NCBI GenBank assembly: GCA_002269645.1
Contig: NIVC01000504.1
Location: forward strand, 124,001 to 188,000
Direction of reading: 5' to 3'
Source: Macrostomum lignano
Taxonomy: Eukaryota
Length of the DNA: 64,000 nt
Under the pieces are notes generated by a model. The model saw only the letters and a program-made list of their open reading frames with translations. It was not told the origin of the DNA and did not search any database. Made by a program: the position numbers and the translations under genes. This document shows positions 42,088-53,168 of this stretch, piece by piece. Position 1 is the first letter of the stretch. Each line of letters opens with the position of its first letter.

Positions 42088-43653
42088 CAGTCAGTCAGTC
42101 AGTCAGTCAGTCAGTCAGTCAGTCAGTCAGTCAGTCAGTCAGTCAGTCAGTCAGTCAGTCAGTCAGTCAGTCAGTCAGTCAGTCAGTCAGTCAGTCAGTC
42201 AGTCAGTCAGTCAGTCAGTCAGTCAGTCAGTCAGTCAGTCAGTCAGTCAGTCAGTCAGTCAGTCAGTCAGTCAGTCAGTCAGTCAGTCAGTCAGTCAGTC
42301 AGTCAGTCAGTCAGTCAGTCAGTCAGTCAGTCAGTCAGTCAGTCAGTCAGTCAGTCAGTCAGTCAGTCAGTCAGTCAGTCAGTCAGTCAGTCAGTCAGTC
42401 AGTCAGTCAGTCAGTCAGTCAGTCAGTCAGTCAGTCAGTCAGTCAGTCAGTCAGTCAGTCAGTCAGTCAGTCAGTCAGTCAGTCAGTCAGTCAGTCAGTC
42501 AGTCAGTCAGTCAGTCAGTCAGTCAGTCAGTCAGTCAGTCAGTCAGTCAGTCAGTCAGTCAGTCAGTCAGTCAGTCAGTCAGTCAGTCAGTCAGTCAGTC
42601 AGTCAGTCAGTCAGTCAGTCAGTCAGTCAGTCAGTCAGTCAGTCAGTCAGTCAGTCAGTCAGTCAGTCAGTCAGTCAGTCAGTCAGTCAGTCAGTCAGTC
42701 AGTCAGTCAGTCAGTCAGTCAGTCAGTCAGTCAGTCAGTCAGTCAGTCAGTCAGTCAGTCAGTCAGTCAGTCAGTCAGTCAGTCAGTCAGTCAGTCAGTC
42801 AGTCAGTCAGTCAGTCAGTCAGTCAGTCAGTCAGTCAGTCAGTCAGTCAGTCAGTCAGTCAGTCAGTCAGTCAGTCAGTCAGTCAGTCAGTCAGTCAGTC
42901 AGTCAGTCAGTCAGTCAGTCAGTCAGTCAGTCAGTCAGTCAGTCAGTCAGTCAGTCAGTCAGTCAGTCAGTCAGTCAGTCAGTCAGTCAGTCAGTCAGTC
43001 AGTCAGTCAGTCAGTCAGTCAGTCAGTCAGTCAGTCAGTCAGTCAGTCAGTCAGGCAGTCAGTCAGTCAGTCAGTCAGTCAGTCAGTCAGTCAGTCAGTC
43101 AGTCAGTCAGTCAGTCAGTCAGTCAGTCAGTCAGTCAGTCAGTCAGTCAGTCAGTCAGTCAGTCAGTCAGTCAGTCAGTCAGTCAGTCAGTCAGTCAGTC
43201 AGTCAGTCAGTCAGTCAGTCAGTCAGTCAGTCAGTCAGTCAGTCAGTCAGTCAGTCAGTCAGTCAGTCAGTCAGTCAGTCAGTCAGTCAGTCAGTCAGTC
43301 AGTCAGTCAGTCAGTCAGTCAGTCAGTCAGTCAGTCAGTCAGTCAGTCAGTCAGTCAGTCAGTCAGTCAGTCAGTCAGTCAGTCAGTCAGTCAGTCAGTC
43401 AGTCAGTCAGTCAGTCAGTCAGTCAGTCAGTCAGTCAGTCAGTCAGTCAGTCAGTCAGTCAGTCAGTCAGTCAGTCAGTCAGTCAGTCAGTCAGTCAGTC
43501 AGTCAGTCAGTCAGTCAGTCAGTCAGTCAGTCAGTCAGTCAGTCAGGCAGTCAGTCAGTCAGTCAGTCAGTCAGTCAGTCAGTCAGTCAGTCAGTCAGTC
43601 AGTCAGTCAGTCAGTCAGTCAGTCAGTCAGTCAGTCAGTCAGTCAGTCAGTCA
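42088..43653. repeat. (CAGT)n microsatellite, ~1.56 kb, nearly perfect
   Basis: Only two CAGG interruptions; explains the 550-aa SQSV ORFs. Confidence 0.99.
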
Positions 43654-44009
43654 GGATCAGAACATCTCCTTAGTTGGAGGAATATATTCGGTCGAATGAT
43701 TTTGGTGTCATTTGTTTCGTGGGGAGGCAACAGGACAGAAAATGTTTTGCTTGTTCACCAATTTCTGCTTTCCATCTTCTCCCTCCCTGCCTGGGTCTCC
43801 ATTAACTACCATTTTACTCATCTATTTGCTCGCAAAGATGCTGTAAAAGATGGAGCTCATAACTGACGGGCAATGCAGCTAGATGTGGTAAAGAAGCTAC
43901 AACTTGATGAATGTTGACTCAAGAACATCTTAAGTCTACTTGAGAATTTCTTGTGTTGACTTACTGGAGCATCCGTTGTGATATCCGTAGTTATCCATCG
44001 ATGTAATGT

Positions 44010-44373
44010 GGGGGGGGGGGGCGTAGCCCAGCGGTAGCGCAGCTGCTCTGGTGTGCCGCGACCCAGGCTCGATTCCAAGTGCAGCCACATTAATTTGGGC
44101 CTGAATTGGAGTTTCGGCTTGGCTCGCCTGTGCAATTAACGGCATTAAGAGCCAACCCCCCAAGGCTCAGTGAAGTGTACATGCCTAACGATAATATAAA
44201 GTTAGGGCCGCTGTACACTCCTGTGAGTGTGTGCCTGCGTACGTATCCGCGCGCTTGTATGCCTGCTCAGGGGAGTCTGCGGAATGGGCAGTAATGCCTC
44301 TCGCCGGTTGTGTGCCCATGTCGCCTAAAGTGCGCCAGGGTGCACACAACCCCCCTGCCTCTAATAAAAAAAA
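44010..44373 (+). mobile_element. tRNA-derived SINE family A, copy 1 (with 13-bp TSD)
   Basis: A-box-like TAGCCCAGCGG, B-box-like GGCTCGATTCC, AATAAAAAAA tail. Direct repeat ATCGATGTAATGT at 43997..44009 and 44374..44386. Closely similar to 58469..58827. Confidence 0.85.
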
Positions 44374-44899
44374 ATCGATGTAATGTAAAAGTACAGATTG
44401 TTCAGCGTGGTTGCGGGTCCCCCCCAATCACTACACCAGCCCTAGCAACCATTAACTTCTGATAATTATTTTATTAGACCTGTATGAGAACCCCCCACCA
44501 GAATGGGTCGGAGAGACGAATATTTAACGTCAGAAATTAAGACGGATATCAGCGAATATTAGTCTGAAAGAAACAGCACCGATTGAGTTCCTCGAGCGCG
44601 TTACTACCCGAGCACTGTTATCGTAGCTTCTGGTAAGCAGCCTGCTTCAAGTCATTCTTTTCGTTAAGCTTGTTAGGCTAAAGGGTACAGTTCCTTCCTT
44701 GCCGAAGCATCATAACGCCTGTTTGTACTACTTCATAGCACTTTGGCTGGGCACCCAAACCGACCCCTGTTACTTCGAACTACATACTTGAAGTATTTTG
44801 TAGCTGACTGCTATACATTTTATTCGGAAATTTGACAAACTTCTTTATCAAACCACAGTAGTGTTCAAATCAGAGCACACATGAACTGCTGCTCCACAG

Positions 44900-46373
44900 C
44901 AACAGCTAGCAAGGATTCCCAGCAGAAGGTCGGTCGCGTCATCGCCTCAACAAAAGTCATGCTACTTAACTCAAGCATCAAAAGTGACGTCTTGAATGTG
45001 ACTGAAGTCCAAAGCAGCATTGAGTGCGTGGCTCTGTGCCAAGTAAAGCGCTGTGTTCTGGCAGTGCTCAACAAGGTGATGCCGTTCTGGCAGTGCTCAA
45101 CAAGGGGATGCAAATCTGTCGAATTGTCATCGTCTTCGACTCTCTGAAGTCTGCGGCACCTCCAGGAGCTCACGTAAGTCGGCATCTCGGAGCGGAGACT
45201 GGAGACAGAGTCTGGGTCGCTGAGGACTTTGCTGCTACAATTGCGAGGAACTCGAAGCGAACATTTTTGAGTGAGCACTTTTGAAACCTGCTCTGCTGAA
45301 GATACTTTGTGAAGTTTCAAGTTTTCTATGACTATTCAAATTCTTATCGTTGCTTATCTTCGAGTTTTCATAGTTTTAATTGAAGACAGCTTTTATCCTC
45401 TGAGCGAGGAAATATCGAACCTAAACTCCGCAGACAGCAGCTCAGGCAAGAATGGCTCAATCCAGCTCGCTTTGATTAACGTCACTGGCTGCTACCGCAT
45501 CGTGGTTGCCGGAGCCAAAGGCGGCGACAACCCGTTCACTGAGGGTCGTGGAGGTTTCGGCGCCGTCACAGCTGGCAGCTTCAACCTGACAGCCGGCACC
45601 CGGCTCTCTATCGTGGTCGGGCAGGCGGGCGGCTCTGCTAACTTGAACACATCGGGAGCTGGCGGCGGCGGAGGCAGCTTCGTGTACCGGACTGCGGATC
45701 AGCACCTGCTGATTGCAGCTGGTGGCGGCGGCGGCTGCTCCTGTTGCAAAAACGGTGGGTCTTTAACTGAAAACAAAATATGCTCGTACAATTGATTCAG
45801 AATTCACATCAGCAAAATTGAAAATAGCGTGCCTCTATTTTTACTTGCTCATGCAGACCACTTTTATAAAACATTTTTACAGGTGTTTCCGGCAAAAGGG
45901 ACCAAAATGGTACGGATTCGAACGGTAATTACATCCTCAAAAGTGGACTGGGAGGAATCAATGGTCGGCCTGGTTTCAACGAACCAAACAAAACTAAAGA
46001 ACTACAGTGCCACGGCGGCTGCGGCGCCGGCTGGCTTGGCAGGGCCGTCAATCCAAGGCGATGTTCCTGCGACGGCGAGAGAGGCGGCGGTCTGGCCGAC
46101 GGCTGGGTTGGCGGCAGCGCCGGAGAGAGCGGCACCGGCGACGGCGGCTTCGGTGGAGGCGGCGGCGGAGGCGGCAACGCTACCTCCCCGGGCGCTGCCG
46201 GAGCTGGCGGCGGCTTCAGTGGAGGCGGAGCCGGTGTGGGCCGCAATCAAGCCGGAGGCGGCGGCGGCTCGTTCTGCAGCGGCAGCGACTGCGCCGGCGT
46301 CACCGGAGGCAACTCAGCTGGCGAACACGGATGGGTGACGCTGCGACTGCTGGCTGCCGGAACCTGCGAATGA
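44900..46373 (+). CDS. PAN-like + ALK/LTK GRD paralog 3 (5' exon unresolved; frame broken by a 29-nt duplication unless it is spliced; possible pseudogene)
   Basis: Exons ~44900..45270 (with 45076..45104 duplicated), 45434..45754, 45883..46373, all with phase-1 introns. Near-identical motifs to paralog 2 (LLNSSIKSDV, GSIQLALINVTGCYRI, AGAKGGDNPF, HGGCGAGWLGRAVNPRR). Last exon is open to TGA at 46371. No signal-peptide exon was located. Confidence 0.65.
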
Positions 46374-48249
46374 ATGCGAAGATTGTCGCGATCAGACGCT
46401 ATTCGATTTGAAGAACTTTTGAAAATTTTGAAAATTACAAAACTTGTTTAATGATAAGCTTTAGTAATATCTTGATAAACACGTTGGTGTAAAACTTTAG
46501 ATTTAGCTACAGTTTTTATGAAGCGAAAATATAAAGTGTTCTTGCAAAAGAGCAATCAAAACCCCAAACCGTATTCTGGTTTGCTCATGCTGGGTTTGCA
46601 ATAAACTGTCAAGTTGGTTTCTGTCCGTTTCAACCTTACTTTTTCTATTTTCTAGACAATATCCCAGTTGGTAAGGTAGTTTATTTGATAAATTAGCCAC
46701 GATATATTTGCACCAGAGCTTGGCTAAAATGCAATTTACGAGTATTGACTTGGAAATTTGTCAAATTAAAGCTGGGGTTGGATAATTTGACTTTCAATGC
46801 TTGCTCAAATAACTAAGCTAACAATGATGCTAGTTTGGCTTTGGTCTACAGGATTAGTTTTAGCAGAAAACTAGCAATCTAGAGCCCGCCACGAAAAAAA
46901 ATTTGTTCCCTGCTATTAAGAAGCTGGCTCATTACATGCAATAGGCGAGTTCTAAGCTAATATCAGCTGAAATGAGACAGCAGCTAAAAAACATAAACCG
47001 ACCGCTCGGGGACTCGAGCTGGAGCAGCTGGGAATGACATGCGTCGTTGCTCGTTGGGTGCCAAAGATGATTCAAGCTGGTGCCTGTGTTCTATGCTCGT
47101 ACTCAGTCCTCTAAATCCTCTAAATTTATTACACTGCGCTAATATTAACCAAAATTTATGCGAAAACAGGAGTTATTATTAATTTTTGTTAACATTACTG
47201 TTTTTAAAACAACAATATTACGTCCACCAAATCTCCGTGAATTTATTTTATGTTTTAACAAATCCTGAATGAGAAAAATAAAAAGACATTTTTACTCCGA
47301 TAAGGCAAGTTTGCGTATTTAAGATAATATAATTAGTTTATTATGAAGCATAACAAAAAAATTGACAATAATGTCTTACACTGATATAGTAAATTTAATA
47401 AGCATTGTTGCAGTAACATTATCGATAAGGGTACAGACGACAGAAAAGGTTCAAGAAAGCTGAAGAGACCAATTAAATATATCTATTGTTTCATAGAAAA
47501 CATAATAAACAGAAAAGTGCTGAATAATGACAAATAGAAATAGACAACTAATAAAAAATTAGTTATATTTTTTACGCTGAAATTGTAATACGATTATTAT
47601 AAATAAATGGAGGTTTTTAAACAAAGAGAAATAAAAAGTACACTCATTACGCAATAGTTATTGTTCAGACAATGTATTTAGACCATAAATAAGTGCAGAC
47701 GTCACATTAATGAAAGTTTTATTATATTCATAAAAACACAAATATTAAACAATTTCTTCGATAAATGACCAACATTAACTTCGCTTTTGAAAATTTTTTC
47801 TTTTAAATTGTTTGTTTTAATCGTTAAAATTATTTATTAAAAATTAAAAAAAGACATTTTTTCTTCACTTTCAAAAGTACGAGTACATTGCTACAAATTA
47901 AACGACTGGTGTTTTGTGTTTAATATTAGGGCAGAGGAGCTCGGACGGGTAAACGCGCCTGACTCTCGCTCCAAAATCCCTGGTTCGATTACATGAGCGG
48001 CCGCATTCATTTGGGGCTTGTGCGAACGAACATTGGCCGAAAAACAGGGGCGATTGTAGTGCGATTCATGAAACCATGCGGGCCAACACACCCTCAAAGA
48101 CACGCAGAGACATGCCTAACGATTAGAAGGTGAGAGTGAGTACATGCATGCTCAGGAGTCAGTGGAATGGGCAGAGTTGTCTCAGCCAGAGCTGGTTGTG
48201 AGACGATTTCACCAAAAAAGGATTGCGTCACTGGGTTGTTCAATTATCT

Positions 48250-48524
48250 GGGATTGCAGCCTAATGGTCAGAGCGTCGGACTCCCGACTTGAAGGTCGGG
48301 GGTTCGATTCCCGACCCACTCGGAACAATTTGTGTCCTTGAGCAAGACACTTAACTCTGCATTGCTTCAGTTCACCCAGCTGTAAAATGGGTGCCAGCAT
48401 TAGCTGGGGGTAATTCGAGACTGTGTGTAGCGACCCCCCAGTCCTTGGACTGAACAGCCGTACGCAGCCTTCAGATGCGCCGCGCAATAGCTGCACATCT
48501 AGCCCGATTGGGGCAGGTGTAATC
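48250..48524 (+). mobile_element. SINE family B, near full-length copy abutting the stop codon of GRD paralog 4
   Basis: CAGCCTAATGG A box, GGTTCGATTCCC B box, GTGTCCTTGAGCAAGACACTTAAC...CCCAGCTGTAAAATGGG core, shared tail. Confidence 0.85.
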
Positions 48525-51500
48525 ACTCAAGCGAGCCCAACAGTTGCATGGTAACCAGTCCGTTATCATTATCAACATTACCACCTGTGACGGTGGCGCA
48601 GCCGTTGCCGTCGCAGTAGGAGCCGCCGCCGCCGCCAGCTTTAGAAGAGTAGCCGCTGGCTCCGCCGCTGTAGCCGCCGCCGCCGCCAGCCTCGCCGTAG
48701 ATATACCACGAGCTGTTAGTCGGGTGGTACCTCGAGCCGCTACTGCCGCCGCCTCCTCCGAAGCCGCCGCTGCCGGAGTCTACGATGCCGCCGGAGCCGC
48801 CGATTATGCCGCCGGAGCCGCCGTTGAAGCCGTCAGATTTGTCATTTCCGCCGTTGCCGCTAATCGAATACCGACGCGACGCGGCGCTGCCAAACCAGCC
48901 GGCGCCGCAGCCGCCGACACGGTTCCACACTTGATCGGAGTACCCGGGTTGGCCTCCGGTGCCACCGCGGATGTAGCGGCGGTACATGAAGTAGTAATAA
49001 GAATTAGTGCCCGTGCCGTCCGGTCCTGAGTGGCCGGGTAGGCCTGAGCATAGGGGGTGATTTGATAGCCTAGGCTGGTTCGCTTGTGCTTTAAATTTGC
49101 TACTGTTCTGTTTTAAAAACAATTTTCCATTCGTTGGTTTAAATGAAATGTGCATCATTTGAAAGCATTGCGAGCGTATACTGAAAATAACGACTGACCT
49201 GATACCGTGGTCGAAAAAATCTTTAAAGAAAGACGAAGGATCTATGGGCATTCTTGTGGTCGCTGAGTGGCTTACTGAGTATCTAGGGAATACAAGATCT
49301 ATAGGGTGGAGTGACAAAGTGGAGTAACAGTGTAGAGTGGTGCGTACGATAGAGTGACAGGATAGAGTGACAAGATTGAGTGGCAGAGTAGAGTGACAGG
49401 ATCAGAGTGGCAGAGTACAGTGACAGGATAGAGTGGCAGAGTACAGTGACAGGATAGAGTGGCAGAGTAGAGTGACAAGATAGAGTGACAGGATAGAGTG
49501 ACAGTGTAGAGTGACAGGATAGAGTGGCAGAGTAGAGTGACAGGATAGAGTGGCAGAGTAGAGTGACAGGATAGAGTGGCAGAGTAGAGTGACAGGATAG
49601 AGTGGCAGAGTAGAGTGACAGAGTAGAGTGACAAGATAGAGTGACAGGATAGAGTGACAGTGTAGAGTGACAGAGTAGAGTGACAGAGTAGAGTGACAGG
49701 ATAGAGTGACAGTGTAGAGTGACAGTACAGAGCGGCACACTCACCATGCCGACTCCTGGAGGCGCCGCCGCCGCCCCCGGCCGCCAGCAGCAGGCCACCG
49801 TCAGCAAGCCGGTACACAAAGCTGCCGCCGCCTCCTCCGCCAGCGGCGAAGGGTCGAGTGACGGAGCCGCCCGCCTGGCCGACAACAGCACCGATCCGGG
49901 TGCCGGAGTCCAGGAAGAAGTGGCCAGTAGCGCTGGCGCCGTTGCCGCCAAGTTTGCCGTGGTGAGCTGAACTGCCGCCTTTGGCACCGAAAACTTTGAT
50001 TCGATAGCAACCGCTGGTTGCGATGGTAACGGTTAGTATTCGACCGGTGGTGCTGTAGTTCGTGGCTGAGAAAAAAACGAACAATTATAATGATAGACAC
50101 AACTGGTCCAGAGAAGTTGCGTCGCCATGGATTTTCAGCACTCATTTTAGCGCGAAAATCAACTACTGAACTCAAGTTCGTCAGTAGTCTCTGCAGTGCA
50201 TGCATAATTCTTAGTTTCGATTGGATAGCCTTTTATTAAATTCATGAGAAGTTCTATCCAACTCTCAAAAAATAGCGTCTATGTCCCTAAGCTACTGGAC
50301 TCAAGATTTAGGCGCAAGTGACGAAAAACAGCGGTTGCACTTTCCCTATTACCGCAATACAAAGTTGCCTATCTATGGAATATATAGTCTATATCCAGAA
50401 CCCTGCAGAACCTAGACCACGCGCTAGACCACGAATAGACAGCGGCCCTGATTTTCACATCGTACATGACGAAGCAAACACTCACTTAGAGAACTCGCGG
50501 CAGCAGAACCGAACCTACGCTTGATTCTGAGCTGGCCTGAGATCCACAGCCTGGCTTCAGGCGAGGATTTGGTGATAAGCACGCCGCAGTTGTTGAGGAG
50601 GTCCTGCGAAGGGGATGGACGAGCCGAGAACATCGTCAGGTGGCAGGATTGACAGTCGGCATCAAAGTCTGCGGCGATGCAACCGCGCATTTGGCAGCGC
50701 ATCATGCAGTCGAATTCCGAGTTCGAGTTGGCCTCCTTGATGACGTCACTCCCGACGGAGTCGTTCATCAGGAGGAGCAGAGCCGAGCTTTGAGTGAAGT
50801 CATACTCGCACGACGTTACGCTCTGATCCTCATGGGCTTCAGCTGTTGGCATGGATGAGAATTTTGCAAGGGCATTATGATGGGAAGACCCATCCGTAAG
50901 ATAAGGCCGATCTATCTATTAGATAAGGCTGAGGACCCATCCGTTAGATAAGAAAGACCCATCTGTTAGATAAGGAAGAGCCATCTGTTAGATAAAGGGA
51001 CCTATCTGTTAGATAAGGAAGAGCCATCTGTTAGATAAAGGGACCTATCTGTTAGATAAGGAAGAGCCATCTGTTAGATAAAGGGACCTATCTGTTAGAT
51101 AAGGAAGAGCCATCTGTTAGATAAAGGGACCTATCTGTTAGATAAGGAAGAGCCATCTGTTAGATAAAGGGACCTATCTGTTAGATAAGGAAGAGCCATC
51201 TGTTAGATAAAGGGACCTATCTGTTAGATAAGGAAGAGCCATCTGTTAGATAAAGGGACCTATCTGTTAGATAAGGAAGAGCCATCTGTTAGATAAAGGG
51301 ACCTATCTGTTAGATAAGGAAGAGCCATCTGTTAGATAAAGGGACCTATCTGTTAGATAAGGAAGAGCCATCTGTTAGATAAAGGGACCAATCTGTTAGA
51401 TAAGGAAGAGCCATCTGTTAGATAAGGAAGACCCATCTGTTAGATAAGGAAGACCCACCTGTTAGATAAGACACATGTTGGACTCATTAAATAATAAATG

Positions 51501-51602
51501 TAGACATTGGATTGCGACAGACCACGAACAAGCGAACTCACCATGCAGGCCCACAATTGCTGCAAAAATCAGCAGAGAAACGGGCAGACAATTCGAATAC
51601 AT
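48523..51602 (-). CDS. Secreted PAN-like + ALK/LTK GRD protein, paralog 4 (most divergent), ~419 aa
   Basis: complement(51542..51602, 50486..50842, 49745..50065, 48523..49043) = 1260 nt, all introns phase 1. Signal peptide MYSNCLPVSLLIFAAIVGLHA; PAN-like CMMRCQMRGCIAADFDADCQSCHL; GRD GCYRIKVFGAKGG...GGGGGSFVY...GGCGAGW...GGGGGSYC. Confidence 0.85.
49310..49735. repeat. Minisatellite of ~13-bp AGAGTG(A/G)CAG subunits (paralog 4 intron 3)
   Basis: GACAGGATAGAGTGGCAGAGTAGAGT-type units. Confidence 0.9.
50905..51470. repeat. 43-bp higher-order repeat (22+21-bp subunits; paralog 4 intron 1)
   Basis: ATCTGTTAGATAAGGAAGAGCC alternating with ATCTGTTAGATAAAGGGACCT. Confidence 0.93.
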
Positions 51603-51969
51603 TCTCAAAAAAGAAACCAAAGCAGAAAAAGCAGGTTCAGCAGCAGCAGAAGCATTTCTTTTCGGGTAGAGCATTTTAAAGACAGTCGAAGCAAGGTCGG
51701 TGTCAAGCATTGCATTCATTATGCATTGTGAATTGTCCTGGGAAACAATGAATTGAAGGCTATTATTCGAGAATCGCACAACAAAAGATCTAAGACACGT
51801 AGGCTCCGATCGTGCCTGTTTGGCCCAGTCTGACCTCAGAACCGTTCAATCAGTCAAATATTTGACTTTAACAATGCAGGATTTTTTAGCCTGCCAGTTA
51901 CATGTATTCCGGGTCGCAAGTTCGCCCACATGCAAACTGTCGAGGTTTCAAAGAAATTCAAAACAATTC

Positions 51970-52034
51970 ATCCATCTATCTATCTGTCTATCTATCTGTC
52001 TGTCTATCTATCTGTCTGTCTATCTATCTGTCTG

Positions 52035-52093
<59 letters not shown>

Positions 52094-52167
52094 GTCTATC
52101 TATCTGTCTGTCTATCTATCTGTCTGTCTATCTATCTGTCTGTCTATCTATCTATCTATCTATCTAA

Positions 52168-52198
<31 letters not shown>

Positions 52199-52215
52199 CC
52201 TATTTATCTATCTAA

Positions 52216-52258
<43 letters not shown>

Positions 52259-52267
52259 ACTATCTAC

Positions 52268-52326
<59 letters not shown>

Positions 52327-52360
52327 CCTATTTATCTATCTATCTATCTATCTATTTATC
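51970..52360. repeat. (TCTA)n/(TCTG)n microsatellite
   Basis: Direct inspection. Confidence 0.95.
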
Positions 52361-53168
52361 CATCCAATCAGTCATCTATCCATAAATATCCAGCCAACAT
52401 GCTGTTAGCAAAGAAGTGAATACAAAAATGAATTACAAAAACAAAAATTTGTCCACAAATTCCACAAAGCTGTCAGATTCCAAAGCGCCTGACTCAGATG
52501 TTAGTCGCCATTGATTTATATATTTTTTCTGTGATAAAAAATAAAATTCTTATTTAAATTATTTCGATGAAAACCGCATCAGACACGCATTAAAAAGACA
52601 CACGGGGCTGCTTTGTAGGTGAAAATAGTTTTCGTACAATCAGTAAAAGTATTGCATATAATGATTAGCCAATAATAATGATAAAAACTATTGTAAGCTT
52701 CAATTACTCCAGTCAAAATTGATAAATGAAATATTGTTTCGTTTGGGAGATAAAAAACAAAAAATTCAGTTTGTACATGTAGAAAAATAAGTGATTGAGA
52801 CGTACATTGAAATGTGCGATACTAGTTACTAACTACAGACTACTTACTTAGTAGTAGTAGGGAGTAGACTTAGGGCATTAAAAGGGCATTAAAATTAACA
52901 ACAAAATATAAAATCTGCCCTTTATATTTAAACTGTAAAAGAGACACAGGAGATTACAAATATACACTTTATAGGTTTGCTAATGCAATAAAACGCACAA
53001 TTACAAACAACAATAAAGTAGCTTTACATTAAATTAGTATAAATTAACAGAAAACAGAAAAAAAATAAAAAAGATCAGCTGTTATTGAGATTGTTAATTA
53101 ATTTTTTATTTAATTGTAAACTTCGTTGCTTTGGTAGATAATTATAAGTCGGTAAATTTTTTAAGATA

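Noticed and set aside
42003-43699. Two 550-aa ORFs (SQSV repeats), one with a hydrophobic leader
   Set aside because: They are translations of a (CAGT)n microsatellite; the leader starts at TTG and no splice support was found.
44010-44090. tRNA-like sequences at SINE heads (also 18612, 48250, 58469, 62394)
   Set aside because: They have A/B boxes but no complete cloverleaf, and are followed by a shared SINE body with tail (TSDs seen for family A).
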